Assembly (NCBI GenBank): GCA_051362555.1
Contig: CM120640.1
Coordinates: 4,216,001-4,280,000 of the forward strand
Direction: 5' to 3'
Length of the DNA stretch: 64,000 nucleotides
Source of the DNA: Lingula anatina
Lineage: Eukaryota; Animalia; Brachiopoda
The position numbers and the translations under genes were made by a program. The notes under the pieces were generated by a model. It ran no database searches, was not told the DNA's origin, and saw nothing but the letters and a program-made list of their open reading frames with translations. Below, in pieces: positions 38,302 to 52,100 of this stretch (position 1 is the first letter of the stretch; every line of letters begins with the position of its first letter).

Positions 38302-41300
38302 ATGGCTGATATCGGCGTGGATGATTTATCCACCTTGGAGGAGGTAACAGAGGATACTATCCTAGAATGCCTTCACAGCCGCTACACACACCGAGATCAA
38401 ATATACGTGAGTCATTACCATAGCTTTACATAAAAAATGACAATTAAAATTAAATATCTCACGAATATTTCAAGCATATCTAATGTTTGTTTTTAATAAC
38501 CATAATTTTTTCTATGATGATTTTATTTAATTTTCTGCATGTAGTGTACATAGAGGTTAATATATTTGAAAGTGCCACTGTCAATATGTTTCTCTTCATT
38601 TTTAGACTTACATAGGAGATGTTCTGGTTGCAGTCAATCCGTTTAAAGACTTAAAGATCTATGGAAAAAAGGTACAACTCGCCCATTTCATTTATACATC
38701 TATTCACATTTTAAACTGAATGTGAAGAAAAAGAAATGATTGACTTGAAAGAAAAATCAACGCATGTTATTTTATTCAAAGAACGTCTAATGTTATAAGT
38801 GTAATTTAGGTAGGCCTACATTACAAGAAACTAACAAAGAAAAAAGCATTCCATCAGTCGTTACCCTTGGGTGCTAATCTTTCAGGATCACGAAGAGTTT
38901 TCCGGCGGTCAACCCCCCTCTACCCGGCCTCATGTTTTCGGGGTGGGCCAGCACGCCTACCGTCAGCTGATTGGTCGAGCTAGACCACAGTGCGTCTTTG
39001 TGAGCGGAGAGTCGGGGTCTGGAAAGACAGAGACCACAAAACTCCTCGTCAAACACATCACCTGCCTCAGCAATGCTGACGTTAAGATCATGAGCGAGAA
39101 GCTGAATAAGGCAAAAATAATTCATTTTCTTTTTTCACTGGCTGTTTTATATTTTAAGGACTGAATGCCGTTTGTTCTACATTTCTTTTCGTTACGTGTC
39201 GACCCCCATAAGGAGAGAGAGAGAGAGAGAGAGTTTACTCTGCTTTGATATACCCAAAATGTCTACTTCCATAATTTCTTGTTATGTTTTCAAACTGTCA
39301 CTTAATTGCAATAATGATTTCACTCAATTTTTGTTGAAATCTTTCTTTATACACTTACTCAACAGGTGAACCCTCTCTTGGAGGTATTTGGAAACGCCGA
39401 AACAGTGATGAACAAAAATTCAAGCAGATATGGCAAATTTGTAGAGTTGTTCTTTACCAAAGAGGGACACATCATTGGAGGTAACTTCCTCTTTTTCTGA
39501 TAATAAATGTGCACTTTCTATGACATTCTCCTCGTCTGAAACTTGGATCTAAAATTATTTTACAATTTTTCTCACAATTTCAGGAAAAGTTTCAGATTAC
39601 CTGTTGGAGAAGTCCCGCGTTGTTCGCCAGGGAGGCAGAGAGCAGAATTTCCACATATTTTACACGGTGTTAGGCGGGATGCCGCAGGATCGTCTGCGTT
39701 TATTTGACCTGAAGGCACCTGAGGATTACAGGTAATAATATATTCCCAAATAATCTGAGAAGTAACCGAAAGAGATTTTTTCATATCATGCATGTATACA
39801 TATATGATACGTATGTAAGGCAGACAAGAGTGTCCAACTTGAAACAGGGAGATCAAATTTGATTCAAAGTGAAATTTGCTTATGTCATATCCTAGACATG
39901 TCATATCCTTTAAATTACAAAAACATACACAAGAAATTATGAAAACTATCGGTAGGGATACATGTAGCTGCTGGGCGTACATGTACTGGATACATTGTTA
40001 GTCTGTTGAACTCTCGAATAGGCCTATAGCCAACTAAAGGTAGCATTTTTTTTATCTAAACAAGACCCAGCATGTACACTTTGATAAAGTCTTTTTTTGT
40101 AGACTAAGTTGCCTTAGTTGCCTTAGCTAACGTGTAACAAAATTGACGACTCCATTGCAAAATATATACAGACTTGACATTTAATATGGAATATTTTTTT
40201 CGAAATAATTTTTTATCAGTTTATTCCTATTTTGCTGACTGATAAATGAAAATAAGGATTAAAATCGTGTTTTAATAACTTAAAATTATCTCTTTGATGT
40301 CATTGTGACATCAGTTCATTAATGGAATTCGCCAGAGAAGCAAACAAAAACACATTGCCTATTCTATGTCATACGACTCCCATTAAAATATATATTTTGG
40401 ATCTCCATATTTTCCAAATTATTGTCTGTAAAAGGGTAATACGCTCCACAAAAGACCCTCATGTCAGTTGCTAGTCACAGTAATGGTCGTTGTTACTCCT
40501 GGCCTCTTCGTGGCTGTTGCCAGCGCTCTCAAGCGGCAAGGCATTTCTTGGGGGTAGGTTTTTAGAGTTCAATCTGGAATAGCATTCCAGGCATCGGTCT
40601 AAAATTGTCCAATCTGGTCCAGTTTTGTTGTAGGACATGTAGGCAGTTGATTGGTGAGTAATGGTCTACCGAAATATTGTCTATGTGGCTCAAATGTGGC
40701 GATTTTGATGACCAGGGCAGCTGCTCATTCCCTTGGTTCTGTAAGTTATCTGCTATTAAAAGTGCTCTGTGTGAACCTGCAACCTCATCGTGCAACTTAG
40801 AATTGTTCCTAAGGTGCTCCCTATCAAATGATAGTCAAGTGGTTCCGAGATTATTCCTTTATTTGATCTGGTTCAGGTTTTCGTCGATGACTACCACTGG
40901 TGTTTTGGCACCAATGTGGAATCTACTCCAAATACTGACGCTGTCAATCACCCTTGTCACTTTAGACCCGGCATATGCTTCGTCGTAGGCCTCTTCTGAA
41001 TATCTGTAAACTCTGTTTTGACTAATTGGGCGGTACAGGTGAAATCTGACCTCAATAAGGAAAGCCACGCAGTTTCAGTGTTCTACCCAGAATCGTTCAT
41101 GGCCCCCAATTCATTAGAGAAACAGACGACGATGTTTTGCTGTATACAGTGGGTACCTCGGAGGTCATTTGGTGTTCTTACCTGCTAAAACCAGTTTGGT
41201 GTTCGCTAAGGGCTTTGAAAAACGCATTTTAGTGGCAATTTACCCCTCGTTCTGAACGGACTGTGTTTTTTGTTTAGTTGCAGAAGCGTATCCCGAAAGA

Positions 41301-41824
41301 CAGTGGGTCCTGTACCCTGTAGGTAAAATTTTGATACTTTGGGGGTGACCTCTGTGTAGGTACATCAGGCTGGGCATTACTCTATAAAACTGTGGGGACC
41401 GTTCCGTTTGGCGCTATGATCTGTCTGGTTATGTCTGTCTTTTTCGCGCCATTCTGCCTTAGATTAACAAATTTGTAATGCACTACTTGACTCATCGTAC
41501 GCACTGCAAAACTGACGGCTTGCATGCAAAATTTCGAATTCTTCTATGCAATAGTTGCTGAAAAATGGATACTTTTTTGACAGAACCAAGCTTTGCCTAA
41601 GCCAAGCTTTGATCAGCCCAAAGGAACACTACCCAATTAAATCACTGCAAATTACATAATGTAGCAGCGCAACAGGCATGAAAGTCAGTTAATTGGTAGT
41701 GACACACCTGACTGCACACTTTTACATTCACAAATCTTATATGAGATAGGAGTTTTTTGAAAAAAGAACGTATTTTTACCTAGGTATACCTTCGAAACTG
41801 AAATATTCCATATTAAATGTCAAG

Positions 41825-41881
<57 letters not shown>

Positions 41882-44003
41882 TAAACACATTGGTTCCATG
41901 AACTCACTACAATATTTACGTACTACCGTCAGTGTCACTATATGGATAATAGAGTTATAGCAAATTATATTATCGACTTAGTTTCAACCTTATCTTGGAA
42001 AATCCCCTTTATATGACACAAAAAGTCAATTGTCAACACAATCTCATCCATGCATATATTAGACATATATTTGTGGTGCTGGGATTTTTCCGCACCCTGC
42101 CCAGGAGGTCGACAAAACGACCAAAATCATGTTTTACAAATTCGTAGGCACCTTCAAGTTCTATGTCATGTATACCCAAATCCATTAAAACCACATCAAT
42201 GCTTGTAACAGAAATTTTGTGAAATCTAGACGAGAATGAACGGATTGCTTTTAGCAAGTCGGGAGTCCAGGAAGCCCATTTAAATATAATATTGCTCAGA
42301 CCTATCAGCTCCTTCCCATCCGGCACAGGGTGGGTTGAAATTATACCAGGAGTAATACATGGGCGTCCTGTAAACGGAGATATATGATCAAATTTCGACA
42401 ATAATTGATTCAAGTAATTACTAAGATATCTGAGGTGAGAATCTCCGAGGATTCTGAAAGTGGTTTTCCGATTATAACATTTGCAAAGGTCTGCCTCACT
42501 TATAAAATGGAAAATGCGCCTGCTTCTAGTTCCCCATTTCTAGTCTCCTCGAATATTCCACCAGCGTCCATTCATGTATTCCTCATTGTTTGTATTATTA
42601 CAATTTTTGCCTTCTGTTCTTGCGTTCAGTTTACCTGATTTTTCGTGGTAAGCATAATCAAAGGAATGGATCTTTCTGTGGATTCTACAAGGATTATTTT
42701 GTTTTGGTCCAGTACCGTGGTGTCTGAACGCAACAAAATCCGTGTAGTCCAATTGTATCGTGCGAGCCAGAGCTTTGTATTGGTCAATACACTGAATACT
42801 GTTCACGATACTTTTCTATTTTGTGGTTTGCGTAGTGTCCTGATTGATGACTTCCTGTTATTTGCCATATGACGACACTCTTTGTCTTTCTTGGAAAAGA
42901 TTGAGAAATGTATCTATGGAGACACCAAAAACTTCTGATCCATATAGAACGCGTAAACTATGTTTTGTAGCAAAAATAAAGACGTGAAAAGAATTCGCAC
43001 CGCATATGAGAACTCGACATCCATCGTAAATCATGACAATTCCATAGCCACGTGTCCTCACATTTAATGGGACACATAACAATGTGGAAATTACTTTTAA
43101 CAGATGTTGTTTTCTGCTGGAACTAAATTATTCTGTCATATCGTGGTGCCAAGCATATGCGTTTTACTTATGAGATATACTGTTTAACTAAAAGATTTCT
43201 TTCAAAGGGATATAATAACAAGGACTTTTCAGCCACCACACTAGTTTTAATTTTGAAATAATTAGTGAATTTTGGTATTCAACAAAACATTCTCAAAATT
43301 ACTGATGATTCATAATTATATTTTTTTCGCCACGATGTCTTCTTAAAAACTGAAAATGAAAAGGAAAAAAATATTAAATGAAACCAGTATGTTTACTTTT
43401 GGGAGTTCAGTCTAATACTATATATTTTACGTAATCTACTGCATACGTAAATATTTCAACAGTTATCTATATATCGATACATATGCCAAATACAGGTGTC
43501 ACATATTCAGCACTTACCACTTCTGGCAAATGTTGTGGGTACATGTAGCTGTTTACTCCAGCGTGGGGTCGTACTTTTTCAAAAGCTTAAATAAAAACAA
43601 TATTGTAGAACACAATTATTAATGAAATTTTCTGAAATACTGCTCATTAACCCATTTATTTATAAGCTTGTAACATCACAGTGGGACTTTTGGTTTCTAT
43701 GAACTATAACAGTTTCAAACACTTTGAATGGTGATTGTTTAGACACAATTATTTTAAATTTCCTCTCAAGTATTACTTTTTCATAAAATCAGTTATTAAA
43801 TCCTTTTTACTACTAGAGGTAGATATATCAAACCGCACTGATTCAAACAGTTAAAAAGAGCGGTTGCTTTCATAGTAATAATGGTATATAAAATCAACCA
43901 TACCTTTTCACATAATTCAATACATTCATCCTTGTCTGTTCGCCCATTTCCTGAATTAGATAGACATCTGTAATTTTATGCGCTTTTCCATGTCGTATAC
44001 ACA

Positions 44004-44076
<73 letters not shown>

Positions 44077-44107
44077 TCATTAAACATATATATATATATC
44101 ATCATTA

Positions 44108-44149
<42 letters not shown>

Positions 44150-47100
44150 TAATGATGTGAGGTAAGGTTAAGGTTGAAAGCTGTGCACCGGGAATGGTGT
44201 ATTAGAAAGCAATATGACAGTAACACGCAAACTTGGTAGGTACGCACTGTTGTGCGAAAGACCAATATAAATCACTTAGCAGAAAATAGCCAGAAGAAAA
44301 ATACCCATGGATGAATTATGCCAGGTCTTATTCTTTGTCCACTCCCATTAGTTATAGGCTGTCATTATTTCTGATCCGCCCCCCTCGCCTTCAAAACCCA
44401 CGAAATTTCGCTATATTTTACACTAAGTCGCCAGATTTCTTACGGATGATCCCATTACGAGCATTGTCATAACGAACACTTAGGAACATTTTATTTTTGA
44501 TCGACGCTTAATGTCTTTTAAAGGATATCCTTACTCATAAATACTGCATTGGTTTTTTAGGCAAAGAGTGCGTTCTTCTTCAGTTGTTTGAGAAACAGGA
44601 CCATGTTAGACATAGGAAACACTCACCATTGGCATCTAGATTCCCAAATTTGGCCATATCATCTTCTGTCAGTACTCCATCTTTATCAAAATCACCCACT
44701 TCAAAGAGTGCACGAGACCACAGTGGGCGAATTCTGCTATCCAGTTTGACCAGATATCTCTGTATCTCACTGTGCGTGACTTCATCATTGTCTGAAAACC
44801 CAAAGAATAATGGGTATTGGCCAATACCAATTTCACATGCAATCAATTCATAAAATTATTCTTTTAGGCCACGCAACATTGGGTGAGTTTACGACACCAT
44901 CTTGTGCAATGCTAAATTTTCGGGTATTATAAGAAAAGACAGGACATGCTAAAACTTACGGTCAAAGTCCATGTTAGCCACTATCCCAACCCATTCCAGT
45001 TTAGTGAGGATGCCATCGTTATTGGTGTCCACGGCATCACAGATCAATTTCCCAATCTCTCTTGCTGTAAGCTGAGGGTTTGCTCCATTAACAGGGGTAC
45101 AATCCCTAAAACAATGTGAAATTCAACCTTTCTGAAGGTATTTGCAAGTATGGCTTTGTTGTGTTCTTGGACGTTGATGAGGAACCAAAATAGTAGCATT
45201 TTATGAATCTGATAAATACCATCAGAGCGATCTTTTGTATTCTTAACGGGAAACCATGTTTGTGCATTTCAAAATCATCCCACATTGAACATAAATCCAT
45301 CCTAATTAAAAAAAAATTAAAAACATCTCAACGGATTTAAACAGACCCCTGAAGGACGAAAAGCAATACACCGAGAGAGAGAGAGAGGGAGAGAGAGAGA
45401 GATTTGATCATGACCACAAGTGCTTACATTTTTGTTGTCATGGAGACAACACAGCAGCCCACGATCATCATGTTTAACTTCATCTTCATTCTGCAGTTTG
45501 TGGTACTTAAACAGAATTCAGATATCAACTTAATACATGAAATACCTCGTTGTCACACGCATGTTGATTTTGAATTCACGTAGCATTACATTTTAAGTAT
45601 TACTTATAAAGGATGGATTAAGCTTTCTTTCTTAATAGCAATGCCAGACTTAAGAGATCATAAGAGAACAGGAGAATCTATTAAACAAAAAATCACCGCT
45701 ATGTAAGCGGGCACATAACTTAGAGGATAACCTGTAACCATTCGCGATCAAAATTACTCTGAGAAAGAGTTGACGCATTACAAAATAATACACTGATAAA
45801 ATTCCCTCTAAATAAGCGTTAGTCTCTATGTTTGGTTTAACTTTAAAATACATCAATTTAATTCTTGAAATTAGATGTATAATTTTAACGTAACACGGAT
45901 TAGGCAAATGAAATATATCATAGATAAGTAATATGACAACATATATCAAATAGAAATAAAATTTCGATACTTGAAAATAGGTAAAATATGGATAACATTT
46001 AAAAACTCACCTGATATCGTGGATGTTCACAACAGCAATGTTTATGAATATGATTCTGCGACTGAAATGACAACGAAAAAACACTCCACTCTCTACACGA
46101 AAAAAATTTTTGAGGGTCACATACGGGTAGCCCTACTTTGGAAGTATTCGGTGAACGTAGACACTAAAACCGGCTGTGGCTTGAAAGGTATGTCATACAG
46201 ACATGTCCGGCTTATAAGAGTGAGACTTAAATTATTACAAAAAGAAAATTTTGCCAATAACATATGTTAAAGACATACATGTAACATACATGTATACCTA
46301 ACTATAAGCATATAGGACGTTGAGATCACGTAGGAATCGAGGCTCAAAGGATATGACGCGAGATTCCAGCATAAATTTTACATGCATAAGGTAACAGATA
46401 ACAGACATATAAAAAGCAATATTGAAATGCAGCAGTGTCACATATACATATACTAGTACATGCCAGTATAACATCTTGTCACATTCAACACTACCATGTG
46501 CATTTGAAAAACGGAGTTTATTATACTTTTTTAATACTTTCAGGTAAACAGTAAACGTGTGTCCCGGAAAGCTTAAGCACAAAGCTTGTGTAATTTTGTC
46601 TCATGTTTTCAAATAGCAAGAAATATTTCGTGTTTATTTGAGTTGGGATTCATACCGCGTCCGATTATTTATCAATGTAAATAGGTGGTTTTTGGTCCGC
46701 CAGACGGACCACTGGACATTGAGACCATTCTCAGAGCCCAGAAAGCCAGACAAATTACCTATGCAAGATTGAGGGTAAAAGCTATCCAGCAAAGAGTAGT
46801 AGTCCTTTTTTCAGTCCTATATGGGTGAAAATCAAGGATCCTATGTCACCACCGTATTTGGCTATTAAAATAATTCCACACAAGATGTATATAATCGTGG
46901 TTAAAAATAGCAAGATAGGGTCACCAACCAAAAAGTGGGGGGTAAAGCCGGGTTGGCCAGTGATTAAGCACTACAACGCCTTTGTTCGGATTTCAATTTT
47001 ACTGAATGAATCAGTATTATGCTCTAGGCAATGCCTTGCTGGGTAAGACAAATCATCAGAATAGATTATAGTAGTACCCCAAGAAGCTAATGTAAGTCGA

Positions 47101-49138
47101 ATTTTAGGAGGAAGCACGTACATGTAACCGGGTAGACCAAAACTAAGACACTGAAGCAAAATCTCACAAGGCAACAGCCTCTTTCGAGGCTGGCAGAGCT
47201 ATTTTAGTTTCCAATGCAAAACACACTTGTTACCAAGCATATGGCAAGACTGATAATTTGTAATAAGTTATGTGTGTCTAAAAGGACATTACATAATGAT
47301 TAAATAACAATAAATATTGAAGGCACCATATAAGTTTTTATTTTATTGACAGTGGTTTGTAATATTTTTGTAGACGAAGAATATAAAAAAGATAAAACCG
47401 TCACAAGTACGCTGTATTTCTGCCCAATTTGTCCTCTTAAATCAGTTCAGTGCAATTTCAATTATCACTGATGTATTTATTTATTTATTTATTTATTTAC
47501 TTATTTATCATTTTGTGATGAAGAATCATCAACGGCAACAGAGGATGTCTGGAGCACATGAAGAAATTTCCCAACATCTACCAGCAAAGATTTAAAGAAC
47601 TGGAAGACCAGCTTCGCTGGGAGGGCTTTACACCGGAGGCAAGTCGTTCTCACACAACAAAAAGTTTATTTTTGAGACCATGTCTTGATATTCAAATGTT
47701 CCTAAAACTCAAGTCCGTTTCTAATCTCAAAGTCTTGGAACATTGTTTAGCCTACAGTGTACATGAAAAAGGTTAAAGTTTACTTTATAAAATAATATTC
47801 CAGGACGTTACCAACATTTACCAAATGCTGGCAGCTATTCTTCACATAACGAACATCAAATTCGTGCCAGTGGACAAAACTGAAGAAAATTCTGCCGCAC
47901 AGATTGATGATATGGAGCCCCTAGACCACGGTAAGATTTTTATTTATTTTTACTTTAGATTTTAAATAAAATGTGACTAGGTAGGCCTAATAAGCTATTG
48001 AGAAGACCTCAGTAGATGATAAGTTTCGTAATTGTGCAAAAGAATTTAAAGACTGAGAGGTAAAATCGTGTTGTTTTTCATATTTAGCATGTCGTCTGCT
48101 CTCCACGGATCCAGAGAGTATGAAGGCAGCATTTACTTCCTTTGAGTTTTGGGCTCAAGGTAAGCACAATTTTGTCTAAGTATAAATCTGGGCAGTGAAA
48201 GTAACTTTCAATTTTCTCTTGGCGCTAACAGACTAACATTCATTTTGAAGATCACGAAAGACAATCGCCCTTTTCTGTTCCTTCCTTAATGAATTTCATT
48301 TGTGAATTAGTTAAGGTGAAATTCTAAGTTAAAACACTAAATAATAGCAACTATCTTACTTTATAACTATGGTTGTACTTAAAATTAGGAGAAAAAACAA
48401 CCAGAAAAAGGACCGTACCCTGGGCAAGCGACTGTCGTGACGCTTTGGCGAAATGGCTGTATGAAAGACTGTTCGGCTGGGTTGTTAGAAGGGTGAACGA
48501 GAACATGGGCCCTCAAAGTGTAGCCGACACGTGCGTACACACCTAGCCATTTCTTAATATTATCATTCTCATTTATAAACCATTTCTTAAAATGATTCAT
48601 ATTGAAATATTTTCATTTATGAAAAAATAAACAGATAAAAGTTGTTAACTGTTGCAACATGTATAACACGACATGTATTAGGGTTAAAATCTGCAAGCAA
48701 ACTAAGCACTAAATGTATTTCATAGTTGGTGATAATTATCTTTAATACAGTTTTATAGCCCTTTTAGCTCGGTACATTAAAATGAAGTATCTTTTTTAAT
48801 CCAGGATGGTTGTCGAAATACGTGTACATTTTCACATTCCATTTTCTCAAAACATTTTATTTTATGATATAGGGACAAAATACCACACGTGATTGGCATT
48901 CTGGATATTTCTGGGTTTGAAAACCTTCAACAGAACAGTTTCGAGCAACTGTGCATCAATGTTGCAAACGAACGCCTTCATTCTTTTTTCAATGAATGCA
49001 TTTTCTCTCAAGAGCAAGAGGATTACGAGAGAGAAGGAATAGCATGGAAACACATCGACTTCCAGAACAATGAAGCCGTTCTGGAACTTTTCTATAAGGT
49101 AGACTGACGATTAATTTCATAAATATGTGTGTGTGTGC

Positions 49139-49194
<56 letters not shown>

Positions 49195-52100
49195 TCTGGA
49201 TGGGGCGGGAAATTAAAATTTACAGAATGGGATAACACAGAGATTTAGTAGTCTACCACTCCAATTTGTACCTTCTTTTTTCCAGAAACCTATCAACGTC
49301 TTCTCGTTGTTGGATGAACAGTGTCGCCTTATACCGGTCGGATCAGACGTTACCTACGTACGAAACCTAGACGACCATTTCAAAGATGACAAACATTACG
49401 TTTCATCCAAAGCTGAACTTTTATTTGGCATTCAGCATTATGCCGGCAAGGTTGGTCATCACCTGTAATTTGTAATGAGAGTTAGAAATGTTGCAAAGTG
49501 AAGGTTTTTTTTAATATCATTAAGTTGGAAATTAGTTATCTTCCACTAATCCTTACCATCGTTGTAATACTGAACTGCAGGACAGAGTCAGACGAGAAGT
49601 GAAATAAACGTATTTGCCGAAAAAACTTTATATAAGAGTGTCATGAAGGACAGAACGCATATAGTATGCGATGACATACATCTTTTTAACTCAATTATTT
49701 TTCAAGGTTGTGTACGAGGCTCAAGGGTTTGTGGAGAAGAACCGGGACAATCTTAGCCCAGATATTCTTGACTGTATGAGGGACAGCGACAATTTACTGA
49801 TAAGTGACCTTTTCTCCGCGGAACTGTCCTCCACGGGAACGATTTCTCGGTGAGGCCGCGCGTTAGACCTTAATTAAAATAAAACAATATGAAGTAAAAA
49901 AAATCCAGAAATTTCAGCAATTTCCTTCTTTATCGCCAAAGTATATCCTATCCAAAACTTATTTCCAAATTCCATGCCCCCGTTATTGGTGAAACTTCCA
50001 AATATCTACTTTTTACTAATTATTCTTCTTGGTAAATGAAAATGAGTTCAGAAGTATAGAATCTGAATCCAATTTGATGTTCTCATAGTTTAAAATCCAG
50101 GGCCGCTTTCAGTGGATTTGGTATAGCCTATTCTGTTAACATCTTTGCAGAACGAAGAGCAAAATTCGCCGAGGAATGACAACCAAGAGAGACAAAGCAA
50201 CGCCAAAAAAAGGCACTGGGTAGGTTAATAATATTGTAGCTTTATATATTGAAAATTTGGGTCGCTGAAACGCGGCATTTTATTACCTTTGGTCTGCATA
50301 CATCAGCTATTTGAATTCTAGTTAAATGGAGGTTTATTTTTCATATGCACAATTTTGATTACAACTTTCATCATTATTTCAGAGCAAACGGAAAGACAAA
50401 TCTTCAGAATTCACTGACCACCTTTTTCAGGGTAAGCTACACACAAGTAATGCACCGTTTCTTACTCACATGAGATAAAATTGACTGTAACGATTTTAGA
50501 CGCGCTTTTAAAATAGTTCTTTTATCCAGATAATTTTTATTCCAGCAATTTTGGTTTTAAGCACCCGATATAATAATTACTGAATAATTACTGAATCTTT
50601 CAGAACTCACTTAAAGAATTGGTTGATAAGATGACGAGATCAGAAACTCATTTCATACGGTAAGAATCCGTGTACTATCGATAATACTTTTAAAAAAGCA
50701 AATAAAGTTTTCGTGCCCACCGCAACTTAAATAAAAAACCTATAAACATTCCCTAATCAAATAACCAATCAACCTAAATCAATTTAACCCAATCAGGTCT
50801 AATATAAACTTATAAAAGTAATATCATTTAACGATTAAGTAAGTAAGTAAGTAAGTAATAATAATAATGATGATAATAATTGTTGTAGCTGTTTGAAACC
50901 AAATGACGACTTGGTTCCCGACGCGTTCAGAGCGGATAAAGTCCGCCACCAGTTACTCAGCAATGGGATTACAGAGGTGGTGCGCATCAGAAAACAGGGC
51001 TTCCCCGTCAGGATATCTATCGAGGAATTCAACACAAGGTTAGGGATTTTTTATTAGAAATATAAAACGGCATTCTTTATCGTTACTTAATCATTTTCGT
51101 TAAGTCTGTTTCATTAAACAATTCACTGCGGATTCAACTGACTTTTCAGATTTATAAAATGCGCACGGTGAGCGCTAGACCTTTATATAGCAAAGAAAAG
51201 TATTTCTTTTTGAATTTTTTTTAAACTTAAAAATACTTTTCAGTCTTTCACCAAGGTATACTACGTCTGAAACCGTTCACATATCTGAAATTACGATCCA
51301 TACAGAAGTCTTGAGTTCCTAGTGAATGAGTCACTTTTGTAATAGCGGAAGGGACTGGTAAATTTCCCTGGTGGCTATAAAATTAGAAATTTAGAACTTC
51401 TTATAGATGGATTGTTATATATCGTTTTTTCTCAACGGATTAAGATTTAGTATATACCTAGATTTAGAATATACCTTGGTGATAAAAAGAAATTTAAAGT
51501 AATTACCAAAAAAAAAAAAAAAAATCAATTATATTTCTAAGATTTAATACGCACTGTATAGCTTGTATTGTCTTTTATTAACTAGATATCAAGCGTTGTG
51601 CAGTAGGCCGATTTCCGGGAGAGATTTGTGTCTTCTCATTCTTGGGAAACTTGGACTTGGCAACCAGTACGCTGTTGGAAAACAAAAGGTACTGAGTACT
51701 GGCAAATTAAAATTTGGTAACAAATGGTTAAATCAGGCACCCAGGTATATAAATGTATATTGCATGTGTTTAGCTTATTTGACATCAATGTTAATCATAC
51801 AAAACAAATGAAATAGTCATTTTATTTCGCGTTTTTTCAATATGTGATAACATAGAATTGTTTTAACCCTGGTAGGTATTCCTGAAGTTGGAAGCAGTTC
51901 AAAAGCTGGATGCATTGAAGTTGCAGAAACTCCACGCTGCTGTGACAATACAGCGGTTCACCCGAGGACATTTGGCCAGATCGAGATATCGACCTCAGAT
52001 TCTTAAAAACATTGAAGAAAAGAGGCGTCAAGCAATGAAGATTGCAAGAGAGAAAGAATTACGTTATATGGAGAAACATACGGAGAATTCCTCTCAATTA

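Noticed and set aside
43518-43548. Alternative last coding exon for the EF-hand gene ([10 protein letters not shown])
   Set aside because: Its acceptor lacks a pyrimidine tract; the acceptor at 43586 is T-rich and gives a clean helix and stop ([10 protein letters not shown]).
43978-44160. YIYIYI ORF
   Set aside because: Translation of an (AT)n microsatellite.
45650-47174. Cluster of short ORFs upstream of the EF-hand gene
   Set aside because: No recognisable domains or consistent splice structure; treated as intronic/promoter or unclassified repeat sequence.
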